From: Isurus oxyrinchus
Taxonomy: Eukaryota
Length of the DNA: 64,000 nucleotides
NCBI GenBank assembly: GCA_026770705.1
Contig: JANJGN010000007.1
Location: forward strand, 109,740,001-109,804,000
Reading direction: 5' to 3'
Every line of letters starts with the position of its first letter. The first letter of the stretch is position 1. The notes beneath the pieces are model-generated. The model saw only the letters and a program-made list of their open reading frames with translations, made no database searches and was not told the origin of the DNA. This document shows positions 12,956 to 24,477 of this stretch, piece by piece. The position numbers and the translations under genes are program-made.

Positions 12956-14009
12956 TAACATTTGCAAGCAACAGGCAAATGTCACATGGTCATGTCAGAT
13001 ATGAGATGTAAGGTTCAGATCAGTTATTATCTCATTAAATAGCAGAACATTCTGGAAGGGCTAACTAGCCAACTTTTGTTCTTAGGCGATTAAGCATCAC
13101 ATGAGCGATGTCACATGATCAGGTCACCAGGAACACATCAAAACAGAGCTGTAAACTCCATTGTGACTCACTTTTTCAACTGACGCAGGAAGATCGTTAA
13201 TGTACTTCCAATGTTTTATGTTTAACTTCATGTCTCCAACATTCAGAGTTTTAATTTCATCAGTCCAAATATACTATTGCGTGAGGTATTACTGAGCCCT
13301 GGCCTATTATTTTGCCCTTTACTGCTCAGTAACCCACTGGATGATTTCCGAATGAAAGTTGTTCTCCCCCCGCCCCTAAGAATTTCAGGAGCAGTCGCGG
13401 GAAACATCACAAACAACTTTGACACTCATTTGTGCCTGTGTGTGGAGATTGGTCTCTACTCCAGTGATAGCCATTATGAACCGCTTCAGAAGCTTTTCAT
13501 TGTAAATCGCTGCCGGTATAACACTTTCGTACTTAAGGACACAGAACTGCTGAATTAGTGAGATTCAATAGGGAGGACAGTTGATACGGGCAATCATTCT
13601 TCGCCAATCAACCTGCTACCACAAGTTCGCTCCTTCATGAACAAGCTGAATCAAATAGGATTGCCATCTCTTTTACTACAGTCTTATCTAGCTCCCATTT
13701 ATAATTAACCTGTATTCTTAAATTAGCATAGTGAGTATAGTTTAATAGTATAACTTTCATTGCTGTACCATTGTTTAGTGCTTATGATAGGTCACCTATT
13801 TTTGTGCTCACGACCAAGACCTGCCACGTTTCCTAACCTAGCTAAAGATGGAGCTTTGAGGCTCCCCATAATCTCCTCAAGGGCAATTAGGGATGGGCAA
13901 CAATTCTGGCTTGGCCAACGATGCTCACAACTCGTGAAAAAAATGAACAAAGAAACCGAGAGAGCGACTCACATTTCATTGGTCGCAAAGAGAAAGGAGA
14001 TTTCAATGA

Positions 14010-14400
14010 AAGTAACGTCTTGGGTGTATTTCCAATATCTTCAAGGTGGCAGGACAAATGAGGCATAGAGCATGTGGCAAGCAAGTTATACTAAACCTTT
14101 AGAAAGCATTAGTTCAACCTCAATCTGGAGTGTTATGTTCAAACCTGAAGATTGTCAAGGACTTAGAGAGGATGCAGCAGAAATTTACTGGAATGGTATC
14201 AGGGCTGAGGGACTTCAGCTATGTGGAGAGACTGGAGGAGATGGCGTTGTTCTCCTTAGAATTGGAAATGTCAAGAGGAGACTTGAAAGCTGCATTCAAA
14301 ATTATGAAAACTGTTGATAGTGTAAGTGAGGAGAAACTATTCCTCGTGGCAGCAGAGACGGTAACCAAAGGACAGAGATTTAAGGTGACTGGTAAAACAA
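14010..14400 (+). mobile_element. CR1 LINE 3' fragment
   Basis: LERMQQKFTGMVSGLRDFSYVERLEEMALFSLE. Confidence 0.88.
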
Positions 14401-14460
14401 CGAAAGGTTTCTGTCATTTGCTTGGAATTACGTTATGGCCTAGCCCCGTCCTGCTGTTAC

Positions 14461-14817
14461 CAAAGGTTTGTACAGTTCAAAAGGTCAGCAGCTCGGAGCA
14501 TGACTCCTGATTGATTTCCATGTCCTAATTCAGACCAAGTAACTCCACACAGCAGATTTCGAAACTGGCACCTAAAACAAGCTGGACGCCGTGAATGGCC
14601 GGCGTTCCTTGCATTGAAACCCCCATTCTCTTTACAATCAGCTAAATGCTTCCTGGTTAGTTTCTCCTTGCAGTTCCATCTGGGGGTATCGCCAAACACA
14701 GTGTCGTGAATATTCCTCGTTGCATTTCAGGCCTTCTGGGTTAATAAGTAGAACATTGAACCATGGTCCAAAATGTTATCCCTAACTTGAGAAAAGTTAA
14801 AACTGCCCTCAACAGCT
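14461..14817 (-). pseudogene. Degenerate NKp30/NCR3-like VJ-type IgV exon
   Basis: Acceptor catacctctatttcag|, donor TG|GTAAC, 357 nt. Translation across frameshifts: AVEGSFNFSQVRDNILDHGSMFYLLTQKA*NAT..WRY..FNARNA/IHGVQLVLGASFEICCVELLGL/ELGHGNQSGVML. This aligns with human NKp30 as recalled (VSQPPEIRTLEGSSAFLPCSFNAS...HIRDVRGHDASIYVCRVEVLGLGVGTGNGTRLVV). Confidence 0.6.
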
Positions 14818-15778
14818 CTGAAATAGAGGTATGGGGATGACAATGTTTGTTCATTTAAATTGTTTATCCAGTGACTTCTGCTTTATGTTCAGGTGTTTGG
14901 TGGCTGTTTAAGATGACGATCCCACGAATCTCTGAGGGCCCAACACTAAGTATTTGCCCACATGAAGAAACCCTTAGATAAGGTGTTGAAGGACATAGAA
15001 GCATAGAAAATAGGAGCAGAAGTATGACCCTTGGAGACTGCTCTGCCATTCAATAAGATCATGGCTGAACGCCTTCAATGCCGTACTCCTGCTGTCTCCC
15101 CATACCCCTTGACACCTTCGAGACTAGAAATCTATCTATTTCCTTCTTAAATATATTCAGTCATTTGGCCTTCACAGCATTATGTGGTCGAGAATTCCAT
15201 AGGATCACCACCCTCTGAGTGAAGACGTTTCTCCTCATCTCAGTCCTAAATGGTCTACCCCATATCCTGAGACTGTGACCCCTTGTTCCTTACTCTCTCA
15301 ACCCCCTCACGCTATCATCCCTGCATTGAGTCTGTCCAGACCTGTCAGAATTTTTATGTTTCAATGAGATTCCCTCTCATTTTTCTAAACTCCAGTGAAT
15401 ACAGGCCTAGTCAACCCAACCTCTCCTCATACAACAATCCTGCCATCCCAGGAATCAGTCTGGTTACGCTTTGCTGCACTCCCTATACAGCACGTATATC
15501 CTTCCTTAGGTAAGGGGACCAAAACTGTACACACTATGTCAGGTGTGGTCTCACCAAGGCCCTGTACAGCTGCAAGTAAGACACACTTGCTCTTTACTCA
15601 AACCTTGTTGCTATGAAGGCCAACATGCTTTCTGCCTCCCTCACTGCTTGCTGCACCTGTGTGCTTGCTTTTAGTCACTAGTGTACAAGAGCCATTGTAC
15701 CTAAACGTTTCTGAACTTATCACTATTTAAATAACAACCTGCCATTTTGTTTTTCCTACTGAAGTGGATAACTTCACA

Positions 15779-16091
15779 GAGATAAAAACAAAATAACTGC
15801 GGATGCTAGAAATTCAAAACAAAAACAGAATTACCTGGAAAAACTCAGCAGGTCCGGCAGCATCGGCGGAGAAGAAAAGAGTTGATGTTTCGAGTCCTCA
15901 TGACCCTTCAACAGAACTTGAGTTCGAATCCAAGAAAGAGTTGAAATATAAGCTGGTTGTATTTCAACTCTTTATTGCACTCAAACTCAAGTTCTGTCAA
16001 AGGGTCATGAGGACTCGAAACGTCAACTCTTTTCTTCTCCGCCGATGCTGCCAGACCTGCTGAGTTTTTCCAGGTAATTCTGTTTTTGTTT
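15779..16091. mobile_element. Palindromic miniature Penelope derivative (two 3' termini facing outward) with 14-bp TSD
   Basis: About 15816-15950 is the reverse complement of about 15959-16093; flanks TGGATAACTTCACA (15765-15778) and TGGATTACTTCACA (16092-16105); arms match the termini of the 52.4-56.0 kb element. Confidence 0.9.
15989..16028 (+). ncRNA. Minimal type I hammerhead ribozyme-like motif (variant core) in Penelope terminus
   Basis: AAGTT-CTGTCAA-A-GGGTC ATGAG GACTC-GAAA-C GTC-AACT: stem I, stem II, loopless palindromic stem III, GUC triplet; core deviates from CUGANGA. Confidence 0.5.
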
Positions 16092-16728
16092 TGGATTACT
16101 TCACACTTATCCACATTATACATCATCTGCCATGCATTTACCCACTCACATAACTTGTCTAAATTGATTTGGAGCCTCTTAACATCGTCCTCACCACTCA
16201 TATTCCCACCTAGTTTTGCATTGTCAGCAAACTTGGAAATATTACATTTGGTTCCCTCATCCAAATTTTTGATATATATTGTGAATAGCTGGGGCCCAAA
16301 CATTGATCCCTACCATACCTCAGTAATCACCACCTGCCACTCCAAAAAAGGCCCATTTATTCCTAATCTCTGTTCCTGCCTGTTAACCAATTCTCAATCT
16401 ATGGCAATATATTACCCCCAATCCATTGTGCTTTAATTTTGCACACTAACCTCTTACATGGGACTTTTTCCAAAAGCTTTCTGAAAATCCAAATACATTA
16501 AATCCACTGGTTCTCCCTTACCTATTCTGCTAGTTACATCCTCAAAACACTCCAGTAGGTTTGTCAAACGTGATTTCCCTTTCGTAAATCCATGTTGACT
16601 TTGTCTAATCCCATTGATAGTTTCTAAGTGTCCTGTTATCACATCCTTTATAATAGACTCCAACATTTTCCCGACTACTGATGTTAGACTAACCGGTCTG
16701 TTATTCCCCGTTTTCTCGCAGTACGCGC

Positions 16729-16791
16729 CTGTGTTCTGAATCGATATGTTTAGCATTGAGAAAAGGAGCAATGGTACGTGTTGATAAACAT
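16729..16791 (-). pseudogene. Leader exon remnant of the NCR3-like gene
   Basis: ATG at 16791; after a 1-nt shift reads QHVPLLLFSMLNISIQNT+G|GCGCGT (phase 1, GC in place of GT). Removing the CR1 leaves a leader-V intron of about 185 bp, like the 180-200 bp introns of the other genes. Confidence 0.5.
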
Positions 16792-17066
16792 AATTAATGG
16801 AATGTGATGCCCCAGGAGCGGCTGAAAATGCATTGTACTTCGAATGGAAACTTTTCAGCCGACAGTTAAGAGGGGACCTTTCACTTCCCAGACTCCCACC
16901 CAGAAATGCAACCGGACCCAATACGCTGCTTTAGTCACGTGATATCTCATGTCATGGTCTCCCGTTTCATATATTTATCTATGAAATCCATTTCCTGTCC
17001 AAACCTTTGACGATACCATCTTCCGTTACAGCAAGCAGCCAACTCATTTTTTGTTCCATTTGCATA
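16792..17066. promoter_or_regulatory. Candidate bidirectional leukocyte promoter: EICE, E-box, ETS sites, octamer
   Basis: TTTCACTTCC (= GGAAGTGAAA, PU.1/IRF composite) 16879-16888; CACGTG 16936-16941; ATTTCCTGT 16990-16998; ATTTGCAT 17058-17065; lies between two divergent leader exons. Confidence 0.55.
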
Positions 17067-17121
17067 ATGTCGATGAGACTTACAGTTCAGTACATGGCTC
17101 TTCTGGCCATAATTTTTCCAG
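17067..17121 (+). CDS. VJ-C1 Ig-superfamily receptor gene 1, exon 1: signal peptide (MSMRLTVQYMALLAIIFP)
   Basis: Hydrophobic leader, phase-1 donor CAG|GTACCG, 200-bp intron to the V exon, in frame. Confidence 0.8.
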
Positions 17122-17321
17122 GTACCGTGGTTGTTATATGCTCTGTTTTGGAATAGCTTAAATCGCATTTAACGCCCAATTGTATGCATTATAAAAATAC
17201 ATACTGTACTTCTCCAATTCGGCTGCATTTGTTTTTTAATTGTTTTTATATTTTTCTCCTTATAGTTAGCTTTCTTTCTCTGACGTATGCAACTGCTGTC
17301 ACCGTTCTTTTTTTTAAATAG

Positions 17322-17627
17322 CCGCCAAAGTAACTTCGAGCAAAGTGGATCAGTTCCCTAAACTCTTGAAGGCTGCCAGGGGTGACAATGTTTCCATGTT
17401 CTGCACATTTCCCATATTTGAAGACGCTCCTGAAGTTCATTGGTGGAAACGCAACGAAGAATCGTTTCTGGAACCGGACAGTCGGAAGCGAATCAATGTA
17501 AAAAGGGGAAGTAGTTCATTTGAAATTCTGAATGCAAGAGTTGCAGACTCCGGGATGTATTATTGTAAAGTAAAACATCAGCAAAACTCTATTGGAGATG
17601 GAAGTGGCTCCCAGCTCATTGTGTGCG
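17322..17627 (+). CDS. Receptor gene 1, exon 2: germline-joined VJ-type IgV domain
   Basis: ttcttttttttaaatag| ... G|GTAAGT; AKVTSSKVDQFP..GDNVSMFC..VHWW..ADSGMYYC..GDGSGSQLIVC has canonical Cys/Trp, DSGxYYC and J-like GxGSxLxV. Confidence 0.95.
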
Positions 17628-17989
17628 GTAAGTGTCATTGTACCGAGGAAAGGGAGTTCTTCAGCTGTGTGTGTGAGATATATAATTTGAACTTTTATCA
17701 CTAGATGAAAATCTGGTGATAGCGGATTCGTTTTCCACTGCTGGGGATTTCTTTTCATTGACCTGGATGTACAACGGCAGTCGATTCATTGTCGCCTTTT
17801 TTGATCAAGACCAATTTCACCTTGTCTCTCCTTGCCCTTGTGACATTCCAAAGTGCTTTTCGGTGCAGTTACAATTGTGACTGAACCAAGATACTGGAAC
17901 ATAGTGATGACTGTTTAACCCTTAGTTTGAAAATAATCAATGGGATGAGATGGCCAGATTCCTTCTCACCAAAACAACGGCACCAAAGT

Positions 17990-18135
17990 GCGAAATGGGA
18001 ACAATTTTAATGTAAAATCAAAACACTGCGGATGCTGGAAATCTGAAATAAAAATAGAAAGTGCTTGAAACAGACCTGTGAGCATCAGAGGAGAGAGAAT
18101 TAACGTTTCAGGTCTGCGAACTTTTATCAGAACAA
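17990..18135 (-). mobile_element. Penelope-type 3' tail fragment
   Basis: Reverse complement reads ctgataa..gacctgaaacgttaattctctctc..gatgct..tttcagatttccagcatccgcag, like the other PLE termini. Confidence 0.6.
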
Positions 18136-19958
18136 TTTTAACACCTTCTAAGTCGACTCTTTTATAAAATATTAAACACCATCTAATCAGTCCCAACAAA
18201 GTGCCTTCATCATAAATTCAGGTGAACACTCCCCTTCTACAGACAGCAATATTCCACACACAAGATAACTTGTTGGCACCTGCTCAAAATTGCCAATTGA
18301 ATCATTCAAGTGCCCGAAATTTGAGATGGACATGAAGGGAAAGGAACCATAGGACTCAAGAGAATGGAATTAAATCGGATAAACGGAGTTGAGGGAGGGA
18401 TCAACGATAATCTAAATAAATGACAGAGTATGTTCGAGGCAAGGAATAGCCTACTACTGTTCTTATGTCCGCAGTTTATGCTGTGCAATTGTATCCATTG
18501 ATAACTTGTTTGAAATGCCAAACTATTTCCACAAAGGAATGAGAGGAGGAGATGTTTATTTTACCGTCAATGCTGGATTCCACCCCAAGTCCTAGAGCTT
18601 GCGGGGCAATTCAGGCGCCCAATGTTTGAAACTCCGCGGTACGCCAATGGACTTTTTCTGATGCACTCACAACTGGTAAAGTGGAGGCAGGCCACCAACA
18701 AACATTCCTATAAACGCCTGGGTTCCCATGTTTGTAACTCATGATTTCCATGCACACTCCTCATAGGCAGACGGACGTTATGGCATAAGGCTAAGGGACC
18801 ACTGGCTACTGTCTTCTCATTGGGAATTCTGTCGCATTTTGTATTGTACCAAAAGCAGATCCATGAGAAAAGAATGGTGAAATTCTGAGTCTTTGCTGGA
18901 AATGAAAACTCACATAATTTTGAAAGTTAATAATGGCTCTAATTTAATCATTTTCTTTATCCACAATTCAAACATGTGAAGAAAAGATATGAATGAGATT
19001 GCTTATAATAAACAGCAAAATAATACAAACCGAACAACGGACTTTACTTAGTTAAACAGTGATTGGAGATCGAGCTGAAACAAGTTCACATTGCTAAATG
19101 TTGAATGTAGGACTGACATTAAGAAACTTCTACAGGCAAAGCGCGTTCAAAAGACCAAATAAAATTGTAGAAGGGCAAAACCTCTGGAGTTATATAAGAC
19201 ATGCACTTGATTAAAGATTTTCTGTTCGGTTTCACTCATCTGCATGGATGTTGTGATCTACACACCAATATATAATTGCCACTAAAGCATTTTCATGATC
19301 AGAAATGTGTTTCAGCCCTCGGATTTCCTTCTAGGGAAAGTTCTTTTTGTAAAGGCTGTACGATCAGAAATCTCCACCATAGAAATGTATAATCGATGCT
19401 AACGCAAGGATTTGAATCGATACATTTATCAACGTCTTTTCTGGAATCCTTAGAGACGTCGGGCATATTTCAAGTGCACATCTTCTCAATACTAATTGTT
19501 TAAACGAGCTATGTTTTGCAACATATGAATTATTTGGAAAACGATAATTTAAAAAAAAATAAACACAAAATGTTTAGTGGGACAATGATGATGACAGAAA
19601 AAGGTGAGATTATCCCGCGGTTCGTGCGGACTTGTTTACGCTCTCTCCCATAGATTTGGATAAGGAATCTCACTGTTGCCAAAATCAATCCCACCCCAGG
19701 AGCGGATTTTCCATTCAGAGCAGTGGTGCGTGCTTTGCGAATTTTCAACAGCTCCAGAAGATTCATCCTAGATGTGTATTGTTTGCAATGCATCCGGGCA
19801 TTTTGCCGTTCGCCGCAAAAAGATTTTCAAAATAAATACAAACACAAGGTTTTAAAAAAAACGATAGCGTGGATTATTATTGTCACATTAGGAATATAAC
19901 ATCATAACGGAGGGAAACAAATGACATTGTGCTCATTTATTCTTTTTCTCTGTTAAAG

Positions 19959-20255
19959 TTCCCCCAAGCCCCCTGAAAATCCTTTCGGTTGAAGGAATTT
20001 CAGCGAATTCTCTGAAACTCGAGTGTAAAACGGCTGCCTTTTACCCGAACGGTTTAACAGTTTCCTGGAAAAGAGATGGTGTGCAAATTCTGACCGGAAT
20101 AGAAACTGTGAAAACTGAGACCGTGGATGGGCTCTACGAGGTCTCCAGTTCTTTGGAAGAAGCACAGCCTGTCTGGAACAGAGTCGTTTATACCTGTCTG
20201 GTATATCACGTCTCTCTTGAGGTGCCCGCCAGTGTCAGCTACACCATCGATCAAG
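19959..20255 (+). CDS. Receptor gene 1, exon 3: IgC1-set domain
   Basis: tctttttctctgttaaag| ... G|GTAAGA; LECKTAAFYPNGLTVSWKRDG...DGLYEVSSSL...YTCLVYHVSLEVP contains the C1 hallmarks FYP, W and YxCxVxHxSL. Confidence 0.95.
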
Positions 20256-20344
20256 GTAAGATTGGAAACATTTACAGCAGCGAGTGGGGTATGTGCTCCA
20301 ACCTCTATTTACTTTTTTAATATCATTAATGGGATGGTCGGTCA

Positions 20345-20516
20345 GGGGTTTTTATGACAATCGACATGGTCATCATTAAACTTTTAATTCCAGGTGTTAA
20401 TTGAATTCAAATTCCACCATCTGCCATGACGGGAGTCGAACCGGAGGCCTCAGAACATTACCACGAGCCTCTGCATCATTAGTCTAGTGACAATAGCACA
20501 ACACCATGGCCTCCCC
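20345..20516 (-). mobile_element. tRNA-derived SINE
   Basis: Reverse complement GGGAGGCCATGGTG...GGTTCGACTCCCG (B-box) followed by gcagatggtggaatttgaattc. Confidence 0.75.
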
Positions 20517-21474
20517 TAAATAGCTGCAAATGTGCTGGACTGCACTAAAAATCAACCAGGGTTTCCATTCCTGAACATTATCTGGAACTGGAACTGGAAA
20601 ACGTATGTGTGGACGAGGCAACAATCCTGCTGGCCACTCGTAAACCCCACCATCAAACACCCCACCGGATGTCCCTGGAGAGGGAGCACGCGGTGTCTGC
20701 TGGCACTCTCGAGGCCTTCCATGCTCGGTGGGCACCGCGGGGACTGGGGTGTTTTGTTGACCCCTTTAATCACATTTTGATTTAAAGTTTGTAAGTTTCC
20801 TTTAAACTTTGTTCTTGGTTTTACAGCTGACCTGAATTAGGGGCTGTGCCTGATTTATCCCGATTTTGTTGATTCGGTTTTCATTTAAAAGATTATCAAA
20901 CACCCCACCAACACTCACTGATTTGGTTCTCACAAAAAGGAATATGCATTTGAGTGACTGCCAGCACTTATGGAACTGTCACAAGTAAGAATTGGTACCT
21001 TCTGGAGAGGAAAGCATAAAACTGGAATGAGAAAGAAATAGAAAATCAATTCCAGCATGAATCATCTACTTTTCCAAACCCTAGATTCCTTTGCAACACC
21101 GCCCTCCCCACCACCTCCACACCGCTTTATGTGCTTTACCTTTACTGGGATACTCTTCTGTTATCTTGGTGTCACACTTCCCTCTTCCTAATTCTCCGCC
21201 CCTTTTTACCTTCCTCCACACCAACTCAAAGCCTAGCACTGAACATGCCTTCAGTTACTTCCTTAGCCTCCTTTCAGAAGTCTAGCCATCGCTCTCCTTT
21301 GCAAACGACTTTGGGATACTTTACTACGTAGTTCTCTGATTGCACACTTGCATCTGAGTTAATAGTTGTGGGGTCAAGCCCCTGTCCCAGATTTGTGAAC
21401 TGAGAGTTACTGTCTTTCAGATGAACTGTTAAACTGATGTCCTAGCTGTTTGTTAATGTGGATCCTGCAGCATT

Positions 21475-21890
21475 TATTAATAGGGGCATAGAATATAAGA
21501 GCAAGGAGGTTATGTTGAACCTGTATAAGACACTAGTTCGGCCTCAGCTGGAGCATTGTGTCCAAATCTGTGTGAGCACTTTAGGAAGGACGTGAAGGTA
21601 CCTGAGCTTGTGCAGAAACGATTCACTAGAATGGTTCCTGGGATGAGGAACTTTAGTTATTAAGATCGGAGAAGTTGGGACTGTTTTCCTTGGAGAAGAG
21701 AAGACTGAGAGGAGATTTGATAAGAGTATTCAAAATCAGAGTAGAGATGGAAAAACTGTTCCTTCTCGTGAAAGGATTGTAAATGAGAGAGTACATATTT
21801 AAAATAATTGACAAAAGAAGCAAAGACGATATGAGAGAAAACCTTTTCACACAGCGAGTGGTTAAGGTCTGGAATGCCATTCTGTGATTC
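21475..21890 (+). mobile_element. CR1 LINE 3' fragment nested in a Deu-type SINE
   Basis: tataagacactagttcggcctcagctggag and agaagactgagaggagatttgat are CR1 ORF2 C-terminal sequences; SINE halves at about 21340-21470 and 21900-22040. Confidence 0.8.
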
Positions 21891-22634
21891 TGTGATTACT
21901 AAAAGAGCGAAGGGGATCCTCTTCAGTGACCTGGCCAAAATTTATCCTGCTGATTTTGCCTACATAGCAACAGTGAGTGTACTTTTGTGAAGTGCTTTGG
22001 GATGCGCTTTCTTTCCAAGGGTGCTATGCAAATAAAAGCACATATTACAATTGGGGAACAAAATGCTTTCGAAATCATGGCTTCTGCACTTAATGGAAAT
22101 CAGCAGACTATATTCGTGATGAGAGATATTTTGATGTTCAAACTGGAATATATAGGGTTAATGTGGACTGTTTTTACTCTCAATGTCACATTAATGGGAA
22201 TAAAATAAAATAATCAAGATGGTTTGTAGCTGGAGGAGGGAGAATATCTCCCTGAAGAGATCAGAGGGAGGTTGATGTATGAACTACTCAAAAATTGAAA
22301 GCTCATTCCTCATCACTTTCTTGCCAAATGAAACGAATTTACACGTAAAATGGAACGACTCTAACAAATTCAATTTTATATCATGTGCATTTAAATTCAA
22401 TATATGGACATATCATTTTCTTCATCTCTTCTCAGCTGTACACACCCTAAATTCAAAAATTGCCCTCATCTCCGGCTTCCAGCCTTTCCTTCTTTAGGAC
22501 TCCCCTTGAACACCATCTCCCCCTCTCCTAATGTCACTTTATGTGAGCTGGTGCCCTGTTTTGCTTGATAACGCCCTGTGAAATATCTCAGGACGCATTT
22601 TTTATTCCAAAGGTGCTATATAAATGCAAACTTC

Positions 22635-23155
22635 ACCTGGAGTACTGTGTACAGTTTTTGCCTTCCTACTTAAGAAAGGATATAATTGCTTTCAAAGCAG
22701 TTCAGAGAAGTTTTACTTGACTGATTCCTGGGTTGAACAGGTTACCTTATGAGGAAAGATTGGACAGGCTGGGTCTGTATCCATTGGCGTTTAGTAGAAT
22801 GAGAGGTGTTCTTACTGAAAACTTTAAGCTCCTCAGGGGATTTGACAAGGTGGATGCTGAGAGGACGTTTCTACTTATGGGAGAGACTGGAATTAGGAAT
22901 CACAGTTTAAAAATAAAGGCTCTCCCATTTAAGACAAGGAGATTTGTTTTCTCGTTAGTCTGTGGAACTCGCTTCCCCAGCGAGCGGTGGAGGCAGAGTC
23001 ATTAAATATTTTTAAGTCTGAGTTAGGTAGCTTCTTTATTGACAAGGTAATCAAAAGCTATAGGAGACAGAGAGGAAAGTAGAGTTAAAGCCACATTCAG
23101 ATCAAGCAAATGGTAGAGCTGGCTCAAGGGGCCAAATGGCGAACTCCTACTCCTA
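22635..23155 (+). mobile_element. CR1 LINE 3' fragment
   Basis: RLPYEERLDRLGLYPL...FKLLRGFDKVD. Confidence 0.88.
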
Positions 23156-23594
23156 ATTCAATGTAAATTGTTCTTCTTATCTACTAAAATTTGCAGTTGG
23201 TGTTCTCTGGTAAGGCTGCTATGATGTGTGTCCGCGCTAAAGAAGCAGCCGTTGCCCATCAATCTGGTGCAGAGCGGCAGGGCAAAAGTCATGCAAGTCC
23301 CCTTAATCCTAACAAACAACAATCCTGTCCAGAGAGAAGTTCCCTGTGCCTGTATGTAATGACATTTGTTTCCTCCATGAATTGCATTACTAATGTGCAA
23401 TTAATGTCGCTTGATAAACGTTATAATCCTTCCATAGTTAGTGCCCACAGAACTGAAAACAGTCGAGATCCACTGACAGTTGGTGCTATTATCCTGAGAG
23501 AAACCTCTGTAACTTGCCTTGAGTGCGTGATTCCCTGTGCATGAATCTCGCTCTGTTCTAACTTCCTTATTTCAATCATTAATTGATCCCTTAG

Positions 23595-23702
23595 ATGCGG
23601 GTGTCAATATTAAGCTCATTTTTGGATATTTGGCAGGCGGCATATTGGCAATTTCACTGTTGATAATTATTTTGACGAGACTCAAATTGAAAGCATCAGC
23701 TG
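23595..23702 (+). CDS. Receptor gene 1, exon 4: transmembrane domain (uncharged, GxxxG)
   Basis: cccttag|AT...G|GTAAGA; DAGVNIKLIFGYLAGGILAISLLIIILTRLKLKASA, hydrophobic span followed by basic stop-transfer residues. Confidence 0.9.
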
Positions 23703-24477
23703 GTAAGAACATTTTTTTATTTCGCCGCATTCTTCTATTTTCTAAGGCCCAGATATACGTTAAAATACATAAAGGACAGATTCATTGTGAGGGACTAAAG
23801 AGGACCTTGCTGCACCTTTAAAGAATGAAGCTGATACCACAAGAGAATTATGTGATTGGCAGTTGAAATGACAATGTAAAGCGGACTTTGAAATGCAAAT
23901 ACTTAATCTTCTCATTATAACTATCCACTTAATTATACAGTTCCATTTTGCTACATCAGGAATCGTTATGGTTCTGTTTTTTTTTAAATAACATCAATGC
24001 GGGTCCAATTCTTAGAATGTAAACACATTTTGAGTGGACTTAGGCTTTCTGTAGTAAAGTAAAACGGCTGATTTCGAACTGTTAACCGGTTTTACATCTC
24101 CTCCGGATTTTCTTTCCATTGTAATGTTGCGACCTCTTGCCGACTCTTTGCCGACTCTCTGTCATATGCTTCACACTGTCGCACAAAAGCAAGATCTACT
24201 CCATTGGCTACAGCGCCACTGAGGCTAATGAGAAGGCAATGCACAGTACATTGCAGCTGATATTGCTGAACACCTTCAGACATCATGGGCGGCATTTTAC
24301 ACCTGCGGAATTTTATGGTCCAGCCGCAGTCAATGCACTTTTGAACGGCTCGCCACATTTTACGGGGACGTAAAATTTTCTCACTTTATATACAGTAAGT
24401 ATGTTTTGAATCGAAAGAATGATACTGGCTTTGCTGGTGCTGATTCTGTTAATCAAGATGGATTTGTTCCATTTTAG

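Larger units (their letters stand above)
14993..16718 (-). mobile_element. CR1 LINE (RT to 3' tail) inserted in the leader-V intron of the NCR3-like gene
   Basis: NRPVSLTSVVGKMLESIIKD, QHGFTKGKS, YLDFQKAF, FADNAKL motifs; (catagaa)n tail at about 14994-15008. Confidence 0.93.

Noticed and set aside
14697-14703. CACAGTG heptamer (possible RSS) inside the NCR3-like V remnant
   Set aside because: No nonamer at 12 or 23 bp spacing; no RSS flanks any V exon, so the locus is not a rearranging Ig/TCR locus.
17322-17627. Calling gene 1 B7H6 (NCR3LG1) or SIRPA
   Set aside because: The V has a J-like diglycine G strand unlike B7-type V domains, and there is only one C1; orthology cannot be set without phylogeny, so no symbol is given.
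19585-19609. ATGATGATG...AAG|GTGAGA as an alternative first exon
   Set aside because: No signal peptide, and only 50 nt to the next acceptor; no other support.
19959-20255. C1 exon as MHC class I alpha3, class II or B2M
   Set aside because: Preceded by a V exon, with no peptide-binding-domain exons.
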